Positions 62,193-64,000 of a stretch of 64,000 nt of DNA are shown here, piece after piece. The notes under the pieces were generated by a model. That model was not told where the DNA came from. It did no database searches and was given only the letters and a program-made list of their open reading frames with translations. A program made the position numbers and the translations under genes. The first letter of the stretch is position 1. Every line of letters begins with the position of its first letter. Location of the stretch: contig JBLDXI010000011.1 in assembly GCA_047495785.1 (NCBI GenBank), forward strand, positions 372,001 to 436,000, written 5' to 3'. The stretch is from Lepidodermella squamata. Taxonomy: Eukaryota > Animalia > Gastrotricha.

Positions 62193-63207
62193 CAGGGCTG
62201 CAAAACATGCTAGACTTCCCGCGCACCGATTTAAATTTCCCGCTAAACCCGCTCGCTCGCGGTGTATTCCGTTCTATATTTCGTATCAACCACGTACTGG
62301 CTTTTAGGGCTTATTTTATTCGTCTTCTGTGGCAGGGCGCGCGACCAACTAATTCACCGCGAATTTTTTGTTTCGAGCGATTTGACAGGAGACTATTAGC
62401 GATATTTTACTAAAATTTGCGTGTGCTCGCGTTACTGTGAATCAGAAATTAATAACTGCACGCGTTAGGACTCGTTTTTCGTGGGCAACCAGACGCGCGC
62501 GCTTGGAAAAAAATGATTCACTGATCGCACAAACTCGGCTTAAAAAGACAAAAATCAAGTTTTTGACAATGAGGAATTCCACAAAACAAATTAGATATTC
62601 GGATTCAGCGTAAAAAGTTAGGCAAGTGTGCAAATTTGCGCACGTTTATCTTCCAAAATGAAGAAGAAATGCGGTAGAACAGTTTAACTGTGTGTGTGTG
62701 TGCGCGCCTAATAAAACAGCGCGAGTGCTCTCAAATCTGCTCTCTCCAAGTCGAAAGGTGTAGTAAATGCGCGAGAGGTTGTGCGCGCGCAGCAACGCAC
62801 ACCGCACAAAAGCACACACACACACGCGCGCGCGCACTAACGAAATTGAGATTTATTCCCTCAATGTTTTCCCCATTTTTAATCGCAGCCGCGCGCAAAT
62901 ATGCCATCTAACTCAACTTTTTGCGCTGAATCAGAATATCTAATTTGTTTTGTGAAATTCCTCATTGTCAAAAACTTGATTTTTTTCATGATATCCGAGC
63001 TAAAAGAACGATTTTAGAATTTCCTCCGATTTTAAATATTCCATGGGCTAGAAAAATACGAGTTCCCCCACGGAAATTGTATTTTCTAATACTTCCCGGT
63101 AATGTTTTTTCCAAATTTCCCGGTGTTTTTTTGAATTTTCCAAGGCGAAATTTCCCAAAAATTTCCCGCGCACATTGTGCGCCATTTTTGCATGTTTTGC
63201 AGCCCTG
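62193..63207. mobile_element. hAT-like non-autonomous element
   Basis: TIRs CAGGGCTGCAAAACATGC / GCATGTTTTGCAGCCCTG; 8-bp TSD AATCCCAG. Confidence 0.92.
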
Positions 63208-63961
63208 AATCCCAGAATGCATTTCATCTCATTTTTATATTCATCCACTCAACTGTCATATCCGTATTCCGTATAAAGTTTGTGCTTGTATCTTGTATCT
63301 ATAACGAAATAAATTTGTCATACGTGAAGGGATTTATCCAGCTTTTTTGTCCGAGGTGATGGATTGAAAAGTTGAGGGGGTTTAGAGGTTAGAAAATTTG
63401 GATAATTAGGGAATTTGAGGAGCAGTGCTCGAAGTATGGGGAAAGGGTCGTACCCCTAGTTTGCAAGGCAAACATGGAAAATCCTCATAAAAAACCACAA
63501 GAGGGCTCTAGTTCCTACTTCGCGCACTGTTGAGAAGCAATACGTCGCTGAATGATGGCAAATGGTTTGGTGTTAAATATGGCCAGATCCGATGCAGGAA
63601 TATCCCAGAAAAGCGGAACATTTTTTTGATCCAGAAAATTTCTGCCAAGAAGCTGGCGGAGAATATGCTCATTGGTCTGTGTTTTGTAACATGTCTGTTA
63701 CAGGTTTCCTATAACGAATTTTTATGTGTCCATGAGCATTTCAGTCAATAAGCAGATTTCGTCAATTTATTGAACTCTTATTTACAATGGCCAAGCCAGG
63801 AGAACGGCTGCCAGGAGAATACAGAATACGCCTTTACATGTTTTACAACTGGAAGCAATTCGTTACATGAGGATATATGTCACGCGCAGTACTCTTCAAT
63901 AGCGCGCCAGCGGCTTCGCAAGCGGGAGCATGGCATTTGTAATCGCAAGCCCAGTCAGAAG

Positions 63962-63980
63962 TATTTGCTCGGATATTGAG
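63962..63980 (+). promoter_or_regulatory. Family upstream motif without a gene inside the window
   Basis: TATTTGCTCGGATATTGAG, identical to the motif upstream of copy 12 (44203-44221). Confidence 0.6.
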
Positions 63981-64000
63981 CCGAGAACTACGTCAAACAT

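Overview
Eukaryotic (animal-type) genomic DNA with short GT-AG introns and many transposon remnants; the organism cannot be named from the sequence. The window is dominated by a same-strand tandem array of 16 two-exon genes (about 370-413 aa, one conserved phase-2 intron) plus 6 pseudogene fragments. They encode a divergent family of pentameric Cys-loop ligand-gated ion channel subunits. These keep an nAChR/5-HT3-like M2 (DR-PVYNITVLL...E..P), FPFD and WxP. They differ in having a C-x15-C Cys-loop, no loop-B Trp, a shortened loop C, extra extracellular cysteines and only a minimal M3-M4 loop. The extracellular half is hypervariable, while the pore-coding DNA looks homogenised. A shared CGGA(T/A)AT motif, degenerate in places, lies about 70-170 bp upstream of each start codon and predicts another gene just past the window end. 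My best interpretation (inference) is a lineage-specific ionotropic chemoreceptor expansion analogous to cephalopod chemotactile receptors. Three unrelated genes are interspersed: a secreted M13 neprilysin-like peptidase, an apparently catalytically dead trypsin-like protein with a SAM-like domain, and a frameshifted Cys-rich secreted gene. Mobile DNA includes Tc1/pogo, hAT, Mutator, Helitron and LINE remnants, fold-back elements carrying tRNA-like cassettes, and a Penelope-type minimal hammerhead ribozyme.
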